NCBI GenBank assembly: GCA_046707905.1
Contig: JBKKDM010000183.1
Span: 12,653 to 76,652, forward strand
Reading direction: 5' to 3'
Origin: Candidatus Limnocylindrales bacterium
GTDB taxonomy: Bacteria; Chloroflexota; Limnocylindria; Limnocylindrales; CSP1-4
DNA: 64,000 nucleotides
Below, piece by piece: positions 37,246 to 45,391 of the stretch. A model generated the notes under the pieces. The model was given only the letters and a program-made list of their open reading frames with translations, did no database searches and was not told where the DNA came from. A program made the position numbers and the translations under genes. Numbering within the stretch: position 1 is the stretch's first letter; the number at the start of each line of letters is the position of its first letter.

Positions 37246-37839
37246 CTACCCGGCGCGCAGGCCCTTGATCACGACCTCGGCGAGGCGATCGGCGTCCTCG
37301 TCCGGCATGGGGCGGCCGTTGGCGAGGAGGTGCGCGATGGCCGTCCCCAGGATCACGTCGAACGCCAGGTTCGGGTCGACGTCGTCCCGGAATCCCTCCA
37401 CCTCGGCGCGCCCCCGGTAGATCCGGGCCAGCTCGCGCCGGCGCGGCGCGACGGAGTCGAAGGCGAGGTCCGGCGGGTTCGCCAGCACGCCCCGGACGAT
37501 CTCCGGAAGCATCGCCGCGAACGCCGGCTCGCCGAAGACCCGCTGGATGAACGTGGCAGCGAACCGGATGTCCGCCTCGAGGTTCCCGGACAGTGGCAAC
37601 GGTCTCCCGCCCACGGCGGCCCGCGCGGCGGCACCGATGAGTGCCGAACGGGTCGGCCAGCGCAGGTAGACCGTGGCCCGGGCGACGCCCGCCCGATCGG
37701 CGACGGCCGTCAGCGTCGTCCCCTGCACGCCGTGCTCGGTCATGAGCTCGACCGCCGCGCGGATGATCGCGGCGTCGGTCGCGGCCTTGCGGGGCCGCCC
37801 CCGTCGCAAGGTCTCGGTCACGTCATGCGGCGTCTGCAT
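37246..37839 (-). CDS. TetR/AcrR-family transcriptional regulator
   Basis: 197-aa ORF. N-terminal HTH RGRPRKAATDAAIIRAAVELMTEHGVQGTTLTAVADRAGVARATVYLRWPT. Confidence 0.87.
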   Translation of the reverse strand: MQTPHDVTETLRRGRPRKAATDAAIIRAAVELMTEHGVQGTTLTAVADRAGVARATVYLRWPTRSALIGAAARAAVGGRPLPLSGNLEADIRFAATFIQRVFGEPAFAAMLPEIVRGVLANPPDLAFDSVAPRRRELARIYRGRAEVEGFRDDVDPNLAFDVILGTAIAHLLANGRPMPDEDADRLAEVVIKGLRAG

Positions 37840-37861
37840 CGCGGCTACGATAGCAGGTAAA

Positions 37862-37879
37862 ATACTAGACGTCTTGTAT
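37862..37879. promoter_or_regulatory. Candidate TetR operator / promoter core in an AT-rich island
   Basis: atacTagacgtctTgtat is an 18-bp inverted repeat (perfect AGACGTCT core, ATAC/GTAT arms, one T-T mismatch pair) located 23 bp upstream of the tetR-like ATG. It sits in the only AT-rich stretch of the divergent intergenic region. Confidence 0.4.
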
Positions 37880-38153
37880 AGAAACGGCTACAGTCCGCGT
37901 CCGTGCGCCGCGCACCCTTCCGCCCCGGCGCGACCCTTCCGTCACAGGGAGCTCCATGGTTGCCGGCCCCGGACACGCCAACCACAGCCAGGCCGCTTCC
38001 GGCGCCACGACGCTCGCCTATCCTTGCCCGGAACGTGACGACCCTCCGCCCGGAGCTCGAGCGACGCCTGCTCGAGATCCTCGACGCGATGCACGTGGCG
38101 GCGGCGGGCCGCGACGCCCGAGCCCGACTGATCGACCGCGGGGGCTGACGGCG

Positions 38154-38187
38154 GGTGACGGTCGAGCCACGGTGACGGTCGAGCCAC
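38154..38187 (+). repeat. Perfect 17-bp tandem duplication (ggtgacggtcgagccac x2) covering the predicted MFS start codon
   Basis: Copies lie at 38154-38170 and 38171-38187. Coordinates were checked against ORF 37956..39422 (...GDGRATVTVEPQ...). Confidence 0.9.
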
Positions 38188-39422
38188 AACGCGCGGCGGA
38201 TGGCCGCCCCATCCACCCGCAGCGAACGCTCTGGCTGCTCTCCATCGCCCACGCCCTCAATCACGGCCAGGCGGTCCTCCTGCCGCTGATCTACCTCGAG
38301 GTCATCGACGAGTTCCAGGTCGGCGTCGGCGAGATCGCCTTCGTCGCGGCCGCCTCGGCCGTCGCGTCGGGGCTGGTCCAGGCAAGCTATGCCTTCGTGA
38401 CCCGGCGGCTGGCGCGTCGCCCGATCCTGACCGCCGGCCAGCTGCTCTTCGGGATCGGCTTCGCGACGCTGTCCGCGGTCCAGTCCTTCGGGGCGTTCGC
38501 GGCGACCACGATCGTCTCGCGGATCGGCGGCTCGCCCCAGCACCCGGTCGGCAACGGCCTCCTCGCCGAGCAGTTCCCACCCGAGCGACGCGGCTTCGCG
38601 ATCAGCGCCCACATCTCCGGCGGCAACGTCGGGTCGGTCGTGGCCGCGCTCGCGGGCCCGGCGATCCTCGCGGCCGTCGGCTGGCGCGGCGCGACCGTGC
38701 TGTTCGGGATCCCGACAGCCCTCATCGGGCTCGCGATCTTCCGCTGGGTCCGCGAGACCGGCGCGGACCAGCGGGCGGCCATCCGCGCCGGGTCGGTCAT
38801 GGACGCGGTCCGGGCGATCGGGCGAGATTCGGCGATCAAGCGGACGTACCTGTCGTCGGTCCTGGGGGGCGGCGGCCGCGGGCTCGGCGTCGCGAACCTG
38901 TTCGCGCTGCTGTACGTGACCCATGTCCTGCGCCTGCCCGAGGACACCACGAACCTCATGTACGGCGCCTTGATCATCCTGTCGGTGCCGATGCCGCTCG
39001 TGGCCGGCTGGCTGTCCGACCGGATCGGCCGGCGGCCCACGATCCTTGGCGCCTACATCGGCGGCGCCATCGGATTCGTGACATTCATCGCCGCAGGCTC
39101 GAGCGTCCTCGGGCTGTGGGTCGGCATCGCGATCATGGGCCTGTTCTCGTTCGCGGAGAGCCCCCAGCTGCAGGCGCTCCTCGCCGACGCGGTCCCGACC
39201 GGCATCCGCGACGTGGCCTTCGCGCTGTACTTCACGCTGGCCTTCGGGGTCGGCTCCCTGTGGGTTGCCGTCTATGGCGCGATCATCGACGCCCTCGGCG
39301 AGCCCACCGGCCTGCCGATCGTGTTCGGGCTCATGGCGGCGTCGTTCCTTGCGGCGGCCGCGGTCATGTGGCCGGTCCGCGACCCGCCGCGCCAGGCCAG
39401 CCCGGCCCTCGCCAACGACTAG
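38172..39422 (+). CDS. Major facilitator superfamily transporter
   Basis: Start proposed at GTG 38172 (VTVEPQRAADGRPIHPQRTLWLLSIAHALNHG...). About 12 hydrophobic segments. The region upstream of 38172 in the ORF-table frame has poor third-position bias. Confidence 0.8.
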   Translation: MTVEPQRAADGRPIHPQRTLWLLSIAHALNHGQAVLLPLIYLEVIDEFQVGVGEIAFVAAASAVASGLVQASYAFVTRRLARRPILTAGQLLFGIGFATLSAVQSFGAFAATTIVSRIGGSPQHPVGNGLLAEQFPPERRGFAISAHISGGNVGSVVAALAGPAILAAVGWRGATVLFGIPTALIGLAIFRWVRETGADQRAAIRAGSVMDAVRAIGRDSAIKRTYLSSVLGGGGRGLGVANLFALLYVTHVLRLPEDTTNLMYGALIILSVPMPLVAGWLSDRIGRRPTILGAYIGGAIGFVTFIAAGSSVLGLWVGIAIMGLFSFAESPQLQALLADAVPTGIRDVAFALYFTLAFGVGSLWVAVYGAIIDALGEPTGLPIVFGLMAASFLAAAAVMWPVRDPPRQASPALAND

Positions 39423-39487
39423 TCGGGAGCCGCCCGGCGCTCGAAGCGCGCTGCGGTATCATCCGCGGGCCCTCAGGGGCACCCTGT

Positions 39488-39564
39488 CGGGGTGTAGCGC
39501 AGCCTGGTAGCGCGCATCGTTCGGGACGATGAAGTCGTGGGTTCGAATCCCGCCACCCCGACCA
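39488..39564 (+). tRNA. tRNA-Pro, anticodon CGG, CCA encoded
   Basis: CGGGGTGTAGCGCAGCCTGGTAGCGCGCATCGTTCGGGACGATGAAGTCGTGGGTTCGAATCCCGCCACCCCGACCA. Acceptor CGGGGTG pairs with CACCCCG. Anticodon stem CATCG/CGATG with loop TTCGGGA. Confidence 0.92.
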
Positions 39565-39589
39565 CTTCCCTCGCTCCGTCGAGCGGCAG

Positions 39590-41110
39590 TCAGCCCTCCG
39601 GAAGCGCGACCTCACCGGACGCCAGGCGCCCGAGTGTCCAGGCCGCGGCCTTCGCGAGCTGCTCCAGGACCTCGCGGTCGACGTTCGCCGCGGTGTCGCA
39701 GGCGAGGTGGTAGCAGGGATCTGTCGGCGCGCCGGCCGTGCCGCCGAACAGGCCCGCCTCCTCGTCGGTCTTGAGCTCGCTCGCGCCCGAGAACAGGCCC
39801 CCGACGACGATCTGCTCCCGGTCGAAGGGCAGGTGGTCGCTGGCGCCGCCGATGTCGACGATCTTCGATGCCAGGCCGGCGTCGGCCAGGGCCTGCCGCA
39901 GCAGTTCCTGGATGACCCCGCCCGCGATCGGCCGCAGGGTCCCGCCCGTGTCGTAGATCTCTCGAACGGCGTTGGGCGAGCCGACCATGTCCAGGTTGAG
40001 GTAGGCCTCGATCGATGCCACGGCCTCCGGCGTGAGCCCGCCGACGTAGGCGAACGAGCCGAGCAGGCCGATCTCCTCACCGGTCCAGAATGCGATCCTG
40101 ACCTTCCACGGCGCGCCATCGGGCCGGAGCTTCACCAGCTCGCGCGCGATCTCGAGGATGGCCATCGTGCCGGTGCCGTTGTCGTTGATGCCCGGCCCGT
40201 CGACCACGGAGTCGAGATGGCCACCGAGCATGACGACGTGGGCAGGATCGCCGCCGGGCAGCTCGGCGATGACGTTCGGGGTTTCGACCTGCGCGAGCGT
40301 CGTGTGGACCTCGAGATGGACCTGCTGGCCCGCCTGTGACGCGGCGAAGATCGCGAGGCCGGTCGCGCCGGTCGTGCCGATCGAGGGGATCGAGAGGCCG
40401 GCACCATCGATGAGCGTCGGGCGGAGGACGTGGTCGGGGCCCCATTCGGCATACGACGTTACGAGGCCGACGACGCCGGCCGCCTGGGCGTTCAGGACGA
40501 CGTCGCGGCGCCGGCACTCCCCGGGCTGGACGAGCGCGATGACGCCCGCCGGGACGATCGACCAGTCGCCAGGGTCGCAGCCGCTCCCGTCCCGGTCGCC
40601 GGGCTGGGCCGCGGCGTCGAAGCTCAGGGCGAACACGTCGGCGGTCACGTCGTCGCTCGGCGACAGGAGCATCGCCTTGAAGTCGCGGACATCCGTCAGC
40701 TGGAGCGCGCCCGCGCCCTGGATCTCGAGGACGCTCGGCGCGTCCTGCCTGAACGCCGTCACCTGCGTCGGCACGAGGCTGACGTCGTAGCCGGCCGCTC
40801 GGAGCTCGTCGGCCACGAGCTGCGCGGACTGTTCGTGACCGGGGCTCCCCGCGGCGCGATTGCCGCCGTTCGCCGTCGCAATCGCGTCGAGCCGTCCGAG
40901 GTCCGCGACGATGTCATCGACGGCGATCGCGTCGCGGAGGGCGTCGGCGAGGCCGGCGCCCGTGCCGGGGGTCGCGGGCTGCGCCGAGGACGTGCTGCCA
41001 CTTGGCGCTGGCACCCCGACACTGCCACTGGGCGCGGTGGACGGGACAGGCTGGCAGCCGGTGATCCCCAGGAGGAGCGCCAGGGCGCTGAGCGCGGCAC
41101 GGGACGTCAT
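39590..41110 (-). CDS. M28-family aminopeptidase lipoprotein with PA domain
   Basis: Starts at MTSRAALSALALLLGITGC (lipobox). HVVMLGGHLDSVVDGPGINDNGTG, FWTGEEIGLLGS and NLDMVGSPN are M28 zinc-ligand motifs. Confidence 0.85.
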   Translation of the reverse strand: MTSRAALSALALLLGITGCQPVPSTAPSGSVGVPAPSGSTSSAQPATPGTGAGLADALRDAIAVDDIVADLGRLDAIATANGGNRAAGSPGHEQSAQLVADELRAAGYDVSLVPTQVTAFRQDAPSVLEIQGAGALQLTDVRDFKAMLLSPSDDVTADVFALSFDAAAQPGDRDGSGCDPGDWSIVPAGVIALVQPGECRRRDVVLNAQAAGVVGLVTSYAEWGPDHVLRPTLIDGAGLSIPSIGTTGATGLAIFAASQAGQQVHLEVHTTLAQVETPNVIAELPGGDPAHVVMLGGHLDSVVDGPGINDNGTGTMAILEIARELVKLRPDGAPWKVRIAFWTGEEIGLLGSFAYVGGLTPEAVASIEAYLNLDMVGSPNAVREIYDTGGTLRPIAGGVIQELLRQALADAGLASKIVDIGGASDHLPFDREQIVVGGLFSGASELKTDEEAGLFGGTAGAPTDPCYHLACDTAANVDREVLEQLAKAAAWTLGRLASGEVALPEG

Positions 41111-41306
41111 GCGTGGCACTCCAGCTCCACCTTCGGTTGCTTCGCTCGGGCGGGTACGCGCCGGCCCAACGATTTGTGGCGCGCATCGTAGAGGCGCCGG
41201 CGTCGGGCTGGGCCTGGCTGGTACCGTCGAGCCCCGGCCGGGTCGAACCGTGACGGCCGGCCCGGTGGCAGCGCCGCCGGGCGCATCCGAAGAGGAGGCG
41301 CTCGTG

Positions 41307-41630
41307 ATGAGCAGCGATCCGGGCGGCGTCACCCGGCTCCAATGGCTCGGCACCGACCCGCCGAGCCCCACGACGGTGGCGCGGCGACTCCGTGCGGAGG
41401 GCGTCGAGCCGCACGCCTGGTCGAACGGTCCCGGCGACCGGTATGCCGCGCACGACCACGGCTACGAGAAGGTCCTCATGTGCGCCGCCGGCTCGATCCG
41501 CTTCCGGGTCGGCGTCGACGAGCTCCCGATCGAGCTGCGAGCGGGCGACGGCTTCATCCTGCCACCCGGGACGAGGCATTCCGCCGAGGTCGGACCCGAC
41601 GGAGTCACCTGCCTCGAGGGCAGCCGCTGA
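41307..41630 (+). CDS. Small cupin-domain protein (107 aa)
   Basis: The ATG at 41307 has GAGGAGG 8 nt upstream. Motifs: GDRYAAHDHGYEKVLMCAAGSIRF...GDGFILPPGTRHSAEVG. Confidence 0.7.
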   Translation: MSSDPGGVTRLQWLGTDPPSPTTVARRLRAEGVEPHAWSNGPGDRYAAHDHGYEKVLMCAAGSIRFRVGVDELPIELRAGDGFILPPGTRHSAEVGPDGVTCLEGSR

Positions 41631-41640
41631 GCGACCGCCG

Positions 41641-42474
41641 CTAGAGCTCGATCGAGCCGCCCTCGCGAGCCCCGGTCACCGGCAGCTCCGGTGCCGCCTC
41701 GGCGACCTCGGCGACCAGTCGATCCAGGGTCGCGTCGTCGTGGGCCGGGTCGTGGTGGAACACGGCCAGGTGGCGGGCGCCCGCCTGGGTCGCGAACCCG
41801 GCCGCCTCCGTCGTCGACGAGTGGCCCCACCCGAGCCTGCGGGCCCGTTCGTCGCCGAAGTACTGGGCGTCGTGGATCAGGAGGTCCGCGCCCTCGGCGA
41901 TCGCGTAGCCGGAGGTCCACGCCGGGCGCCCGAGGAACGAGGCGACGCCCAGTGCCGGCTCGTGATCGGGAAGATAGGCGACAGTCGCGCCATCCCCGGT
42001 GATGCGGTACCCGACCGTCGGGCCCGGGTGGATGACCGCGTCCGAGGTGACCTCGAACGCGCCGATCCGCGTCGGCTCGTCGGGCGCGTTGTGGAGCTCG
42101 ACCTTCGAGTCCAGATCGCGCAGCCGGACCGGGAAGAGCGGCGGCGAGAGGTAGCGCGAGAGGCGGCCGCGGAGGTCCTGGGTCGCCGAGGGCGGCCCCC
42201 AGATATGGGCCTCGAGGCCCTCTCGGAAGAACGGCCCGAAGAACCCGAGACCCTGGATGTGGTCCATGTGGAGGTGGCTGAGCAGGATGTCGATCCGCCG
42301 GACCTCCGGCCCCAGCGTCTCCCCGAGGGCGCGGATGCCGGTCCCGGCGTCGAGGACCAGGCAGGTCCCATCGGCCGCCGCCACCTGCACGCACGACGTG
42401 TTGCCGCCGTAGCCCTGGGTCGCGCGCCCGGCGGCGGCAATCGAGCCGCGGGTGCCCCAGAACGTGACCTTCAC
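41641..42474 (-). CDS. MBL-fold metallo-hydrolase
   Basis: VKVTFWGTRGS...LVLDAGTG...LLSHLHMDHIQGLGFF (HxHxDH motif). The GTG at 42474 lies 10 nt downstream of the PAS gene's stop. Confidence 0.8.
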   Translation of the reverse strand: MKVTFWGTRGSIAAAGRATQGYGGNTSCVQVAAADGTCLVLDAGTGIRALGETLGPEVRRIDILLSHLHMDHIQGLGFFGPFFREGLEAHIWGPPSATQDLRGRLSRYLSPPLFPVRLRDLDSKVELHNAPDEPTRIGAFEVTSDAVIHPGPTVGYRITGDGATVAYLPDHEPALGVASFLGRPAWTSGYAIAEGADLLIHDAQYFGDERARRLGWGHSSTTEAAGFATQAGARHLAVFHHDPAHDDATLDRLVAEVAEAAPELPVTGAREGGSIEL

Positions 42475-42484
42475 GGCCGGAACG

Positions 42485-42880
42485 TCATGCCGGATCGGTC
42501 TCCCAGAACATCGCGACGGCGCCGATGAGGCGGCCCCGGCCACCTTCCAGCGGGAACGCCGTGACGGCGATCGTCCGCTCGACGCCGTCGGCCCCGTGGA
42601 TCACCAGGGGGCCGTGGGCCGGCCGTCGCTCGGTGACTGCCGTGACGAGCGGCAGGTCCGCCGCCGGGACGAGCTCGCCGTCAACGCTGCGGGGCCGGAA
42701 GGCCGTCGTCCACGTGTCGAATGCCAGCACATCGAGGTCCTCGAGCCGGACGCCGAGGACCCGCTCAGCGGCCTCGTTCAGGAACACGATGTCGCCGGAC
42801 GCGTCGGCCAGGACCACGGGGACGGCCAGCGACGTCGCCAGCTGCCGGAACAGGATGAGCTCGATGGGCTGCTGTGCCAT
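42485..42880 (-). CDS. Stand-alone PAS-domain protein (131 aa)
   Basis: MAQQPIELILFRQLATSLAVPVVLADASGDIVFLNEAAERVLG...GRLIGAVAMFWE shows a PAS-like pattern. Appears to form a two-gene operon with the MBL hydrolase. Confidence 0.65.
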   Translation of the reverse strand: MAQQPIELILFRQLATSLAVPVVLADASGDIVFLNEAAERVLGVRLEDLDVLAFDTWTTAFRPRSVDGELVPAADLPLVTAVTERRPAHGPLVIHGADGVERTIAVTAFPLEGGRGRLIGAVAMFWETDPA

Positions 42881-42952
42881 GGCATTGCGGACGTTACGCC
42901 GGACCATGGGGTCATGGACAGTCCCGACGCGCATCAGGCACCATTCGGGTCA

Positions 42953-44203
42953 ATGCGGGGATCCACGCCGTCCCGACGCCGCCTGGCCCTTTTCATCTCG
43001 GGCGTGCTCGCACTCAGCGCAGGGCTTGCCCCGGCCGCCCAGGCGGCACCGTTGCCGGTACCCGCCCCCGCGTCTGCCGCGGCGGCCGCAGCCGCAGCCG
43101 CTCCGGCCGCGGCGCCAGGTGACGCGGACGTCGCGCTGTCCTTCCGGGTCGGCGGCCTCTCGAGGCCCGTGCAGGTCGTCAGCGCGAAGGACGACTCGGG
43201 CCGCCTGTTCATCGTCCAGCAGGGCGGCAGGATCCGGATCTACGTCAACGGGGCCCTCCGGTCGACACCTTTTCTGGACATCACGAGCACGGTCAGCGAC
43301 GGCTACGAGCAGGGCCTCCTCGGTCTCGCCTTCCACCCGGGGTTCAAGACCAATCGCAAGCTCTACGTCTACTTCACGAACAACGACGACGACATCGTCG
43401 TCCGCGAGTACAAGACGAAGCTGAGCAACGGGAACGTCGTCGACACCACCACCTCCCGCCGGATCATCAAGATCCCCCACCCGTACCAGAACCACAACGG
43501 CGGAACGGTCGCGTTCGGGCCCGATGGCTACCTGTACTTCGGCACCGGCGATGGCGGCGACAGCCACGACCCCGGGGACCGCGCCCAGAACGTCAACTCC
43601 CGCCTCGGGAAGATGCTCCGAATCGACGTCAACGGCACGACTTCCACGACGCCCTATCGGATCCCCTCGTCGAACCCCTACGTCGGCATCGACGGGCTCA
43701 ACGAGATCTGGCAGATCGGGCTCCGGAACCCCTACCGGTTCTCATTCGACCGGGCCAACGGCAACATGTGGATTGCGGACGTCGGCCAGGACACCCTGGA
43801 GGAGGTCAACCGCGCGGTCAGGACGACGAGCGGCGCCGGGCGCAAGACGAACTGGGGCTGGGACGTCCTGGAAGGCACCCAATGCCATGAGCCCTCGACC
43901 GGCTGCAGCACCTCCGGCAAGACCGGGCCGCTCCTCCAGTACGGGCAGGCTTCCGGGCGCTGCGCCGTGACCGGCGGCCATGTCTACCGCGGCAGCGCCA
44001 TCCCGGTGCTTGTCGGTGGCTACGTCTTCGCCGATTACTGCTCCGGCGAGATCTGGGTCGTCAACTCCACCGCGTCACCGCTCGCGGCGAAGACGCTGCT
44101 GCTCGACACGTCCTACCAGATCTCCGGGTTCGGCGAGAACCAGGCGGGCGAGATCTACGTCCTCAACCACGGCGGCGCGATGTACGCGTTGGTGCAGGGC
44201 TAG
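42953..44203 (+). CDS. Secreted PQQ-dependent sugar dehydrogenase (soluble glucose/sorbosone dehydrogenase family)
   Basis: Signal peptide MRGSTPSRRRLALFISGVLALSAGLAPAAQA (twin-Arg-like). GLLGLAFHP, NHNGGTVAFGPDGYLYFGTGDGG, GKMLRID and GLRNPYRFSFD are family motifs. Confidence 0.85.
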   Translation: MRGSTPSRRRLALFISGVLALSAGLAPAAQAAPLPVPAPASAAAAAAAAAPAAAPGDADVALSFRVGGLSRPVQVVSAKDDSGRLFIVQQGGRIRIYVNGALRSTPFLDITSTVSDGYEQGLLGLAFHPGFKTNRKLYVYFTNNDDDIVVREYKTKLSNGNVVDTTTSRRIIKIPHPYQNHNGGTVAFGPDGYLYFGTGDGGDSHDPGDRAQNVNSRLGKMLRIDVNGTTSTTPYRIPSSNPYVGIDGLNEIWQIGLRNPYRFSFDRANGNMWIADVGQDTLEEVNRAVRTTSGAGRKTNWGWDVLEGTQCHEPSTGCSTSGKTGPLLQYGQASGRCAVTGGHVYRGSAIPVLVGGYVFADYCSGEIWVVNSTASPLAAKTLLLDTSYQISGFGENQAGEIYVLNHGGAMYALVQG

Positions 44204-44229
44204 CCACACCACCTGTCATCCTGACGGGG

Positions 44230-44859
44230 ATGGCCCCCGACCTCGTTCTCGGAACAGCATCCGTCACCGCCGCGGACCCGATGGTCGACGCGTTCGTTCG
44301 CCGCGCCGGCGTCCCCGAGGCCCGACCACGCCAGGGTGATCCGCTCGGGTCGCTCGCCCGGGCGATCGTCTTCCAGCAGCTGGCGACCGGCGCCGCGGCC
44401 GCCATCCACCGGCGCTTCGTGGAAGCGATCGGCGGCTCGGTGACGCCCGCCGCGATCCTGGCCACCTCGCCGGAGACGCTTCGCGCGTCCGGCCTCTCGA
44501 CGGCGAAGACCCGCTCGCTGCTCGACCTGGCTTCGAAGGTCGCCGATGGCAGCGTGCCCCTCGACGAGATCGCCGAGCTCGATGACGACGAGATCGTGAC
44601 CCGGCTCACGACGGTCCGGGGAATTGGCCGCTGGACCGCGGAGATGTTCCTGCTGTTCGAGCTGCGGCGGCCCGACGTGTGGCCGGTCGACGATCTCGGG
44701 GTCCGCCACGGCTGGCGCGTGATCCACGAGCAGGACGCGCTCCTGCCTCCGAAGGCGCTCCTGGCCGAGGGCGAGCGGTTCCGGCCGTATCGGAGCACGG
44801 TGGCGCTCCTCTGCTACCACGCCGTCCACGTCGCGAGGGGCACGACCCCCGCGCCTTGA
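44230..44859 (+). CDS. DNA-3-methyladenine glycosylase II-like HhH-GPD protein (AlkA family)
   Basis: 209-aa ORF. LTTVRGIGRWTAEMFLLFELRRPDVWPVDDLGVRHG is the HhH-GPD motif with a catalytic Asp. Confidence 0.8.
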   Translation: MAPDLVLGTASVTAADPMVDAFVRRAGVPEARPRQGDPLGSLARAIVFQQLATGAAAAIHRRFVEAIGGSVTPAAILATSPETLRASGLSTAKTRSLLDLASKVADGSVPLDEIAELDDDEIVTRLTTVRGIGRWTAEMFLLFELRRPDVWPVDDLGVRHGWRVIHEQDALLPPKALLAEGERFRPYRSTVALLCYHAVHVARGTTPAP

Positions 44860-44903
44860 CCGGTGCCGCGGGCGCTACCAGTCGCCCGACCGGCCGCGCC
44901 CGC

Positions 44904-45323
44904 CTAGCCCTGCGCCGACCAGCCGCCGACGTGCTCGATGCGGAACGTGAGGACCTCCACGAAGCGCGCCGTCGCGTACTGCCGGTAGCGCTGCCGAAGC
45001 CCGGCCTCGAGGCGGTTTCTGCGGTCAGCCGGCGCCTCATCCCTGCGGAGCAGCAGCCGGACCCACCACAGCCTCGACCAGTCGTCGGGATCCCAGTGCT
45101 CGACGAGGAGGGTCGCGCGCGGGTCCCGCTCCAGGTTCCGAATCCGGCCGAGGGCCGTCGAGCCCTTCGGCTTCACGGCGTCGATCGGGATCGCCAGCCA
45201 GCCGTCCTCGATCACGAAGCAGGCGGGGACGAGGTCCGCGCCACGCGTCGCATGCAACGTCGCCAGCACCCCATGGTCGGCAGCCGTGGCGCGACGCAGG
45301 GCCTCCGCGGTCTCCAGGTGCAT
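44904..45323 (-). CDS. PPOX-class (pyridoxamine-5'-phosphate-oxidase-like), probably an F420-dependent oxidoreductase
   Basis: Starts at MHLETAEALRRATAADHGVLATLHATRGADLVP (residue 41 of ORF 44904..45443). The WWVRL and HWDPDDW pattern is typical of the split-barrel family. Confidence 0.7.
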   Translation of the reverse strand: MHLETAEALRRATAADHGVLATLHATRGADLVPACFVIEDGWLAIPIDAVKPKGSTALGRIRNLERDPRATLLVEHWDPDDWSRLWWVRLLLRRDEAPADRRNRLEAGLRQRYRQYATARFVEVLTFRIEHVGGWSAQG

Positions 45324-45391
45324 CCGGTCTCCTCCGATCCCGACGCCACACCGGCCTCCGGCGATGCGTCCCCCAGTCTCCCATTGCCGAC

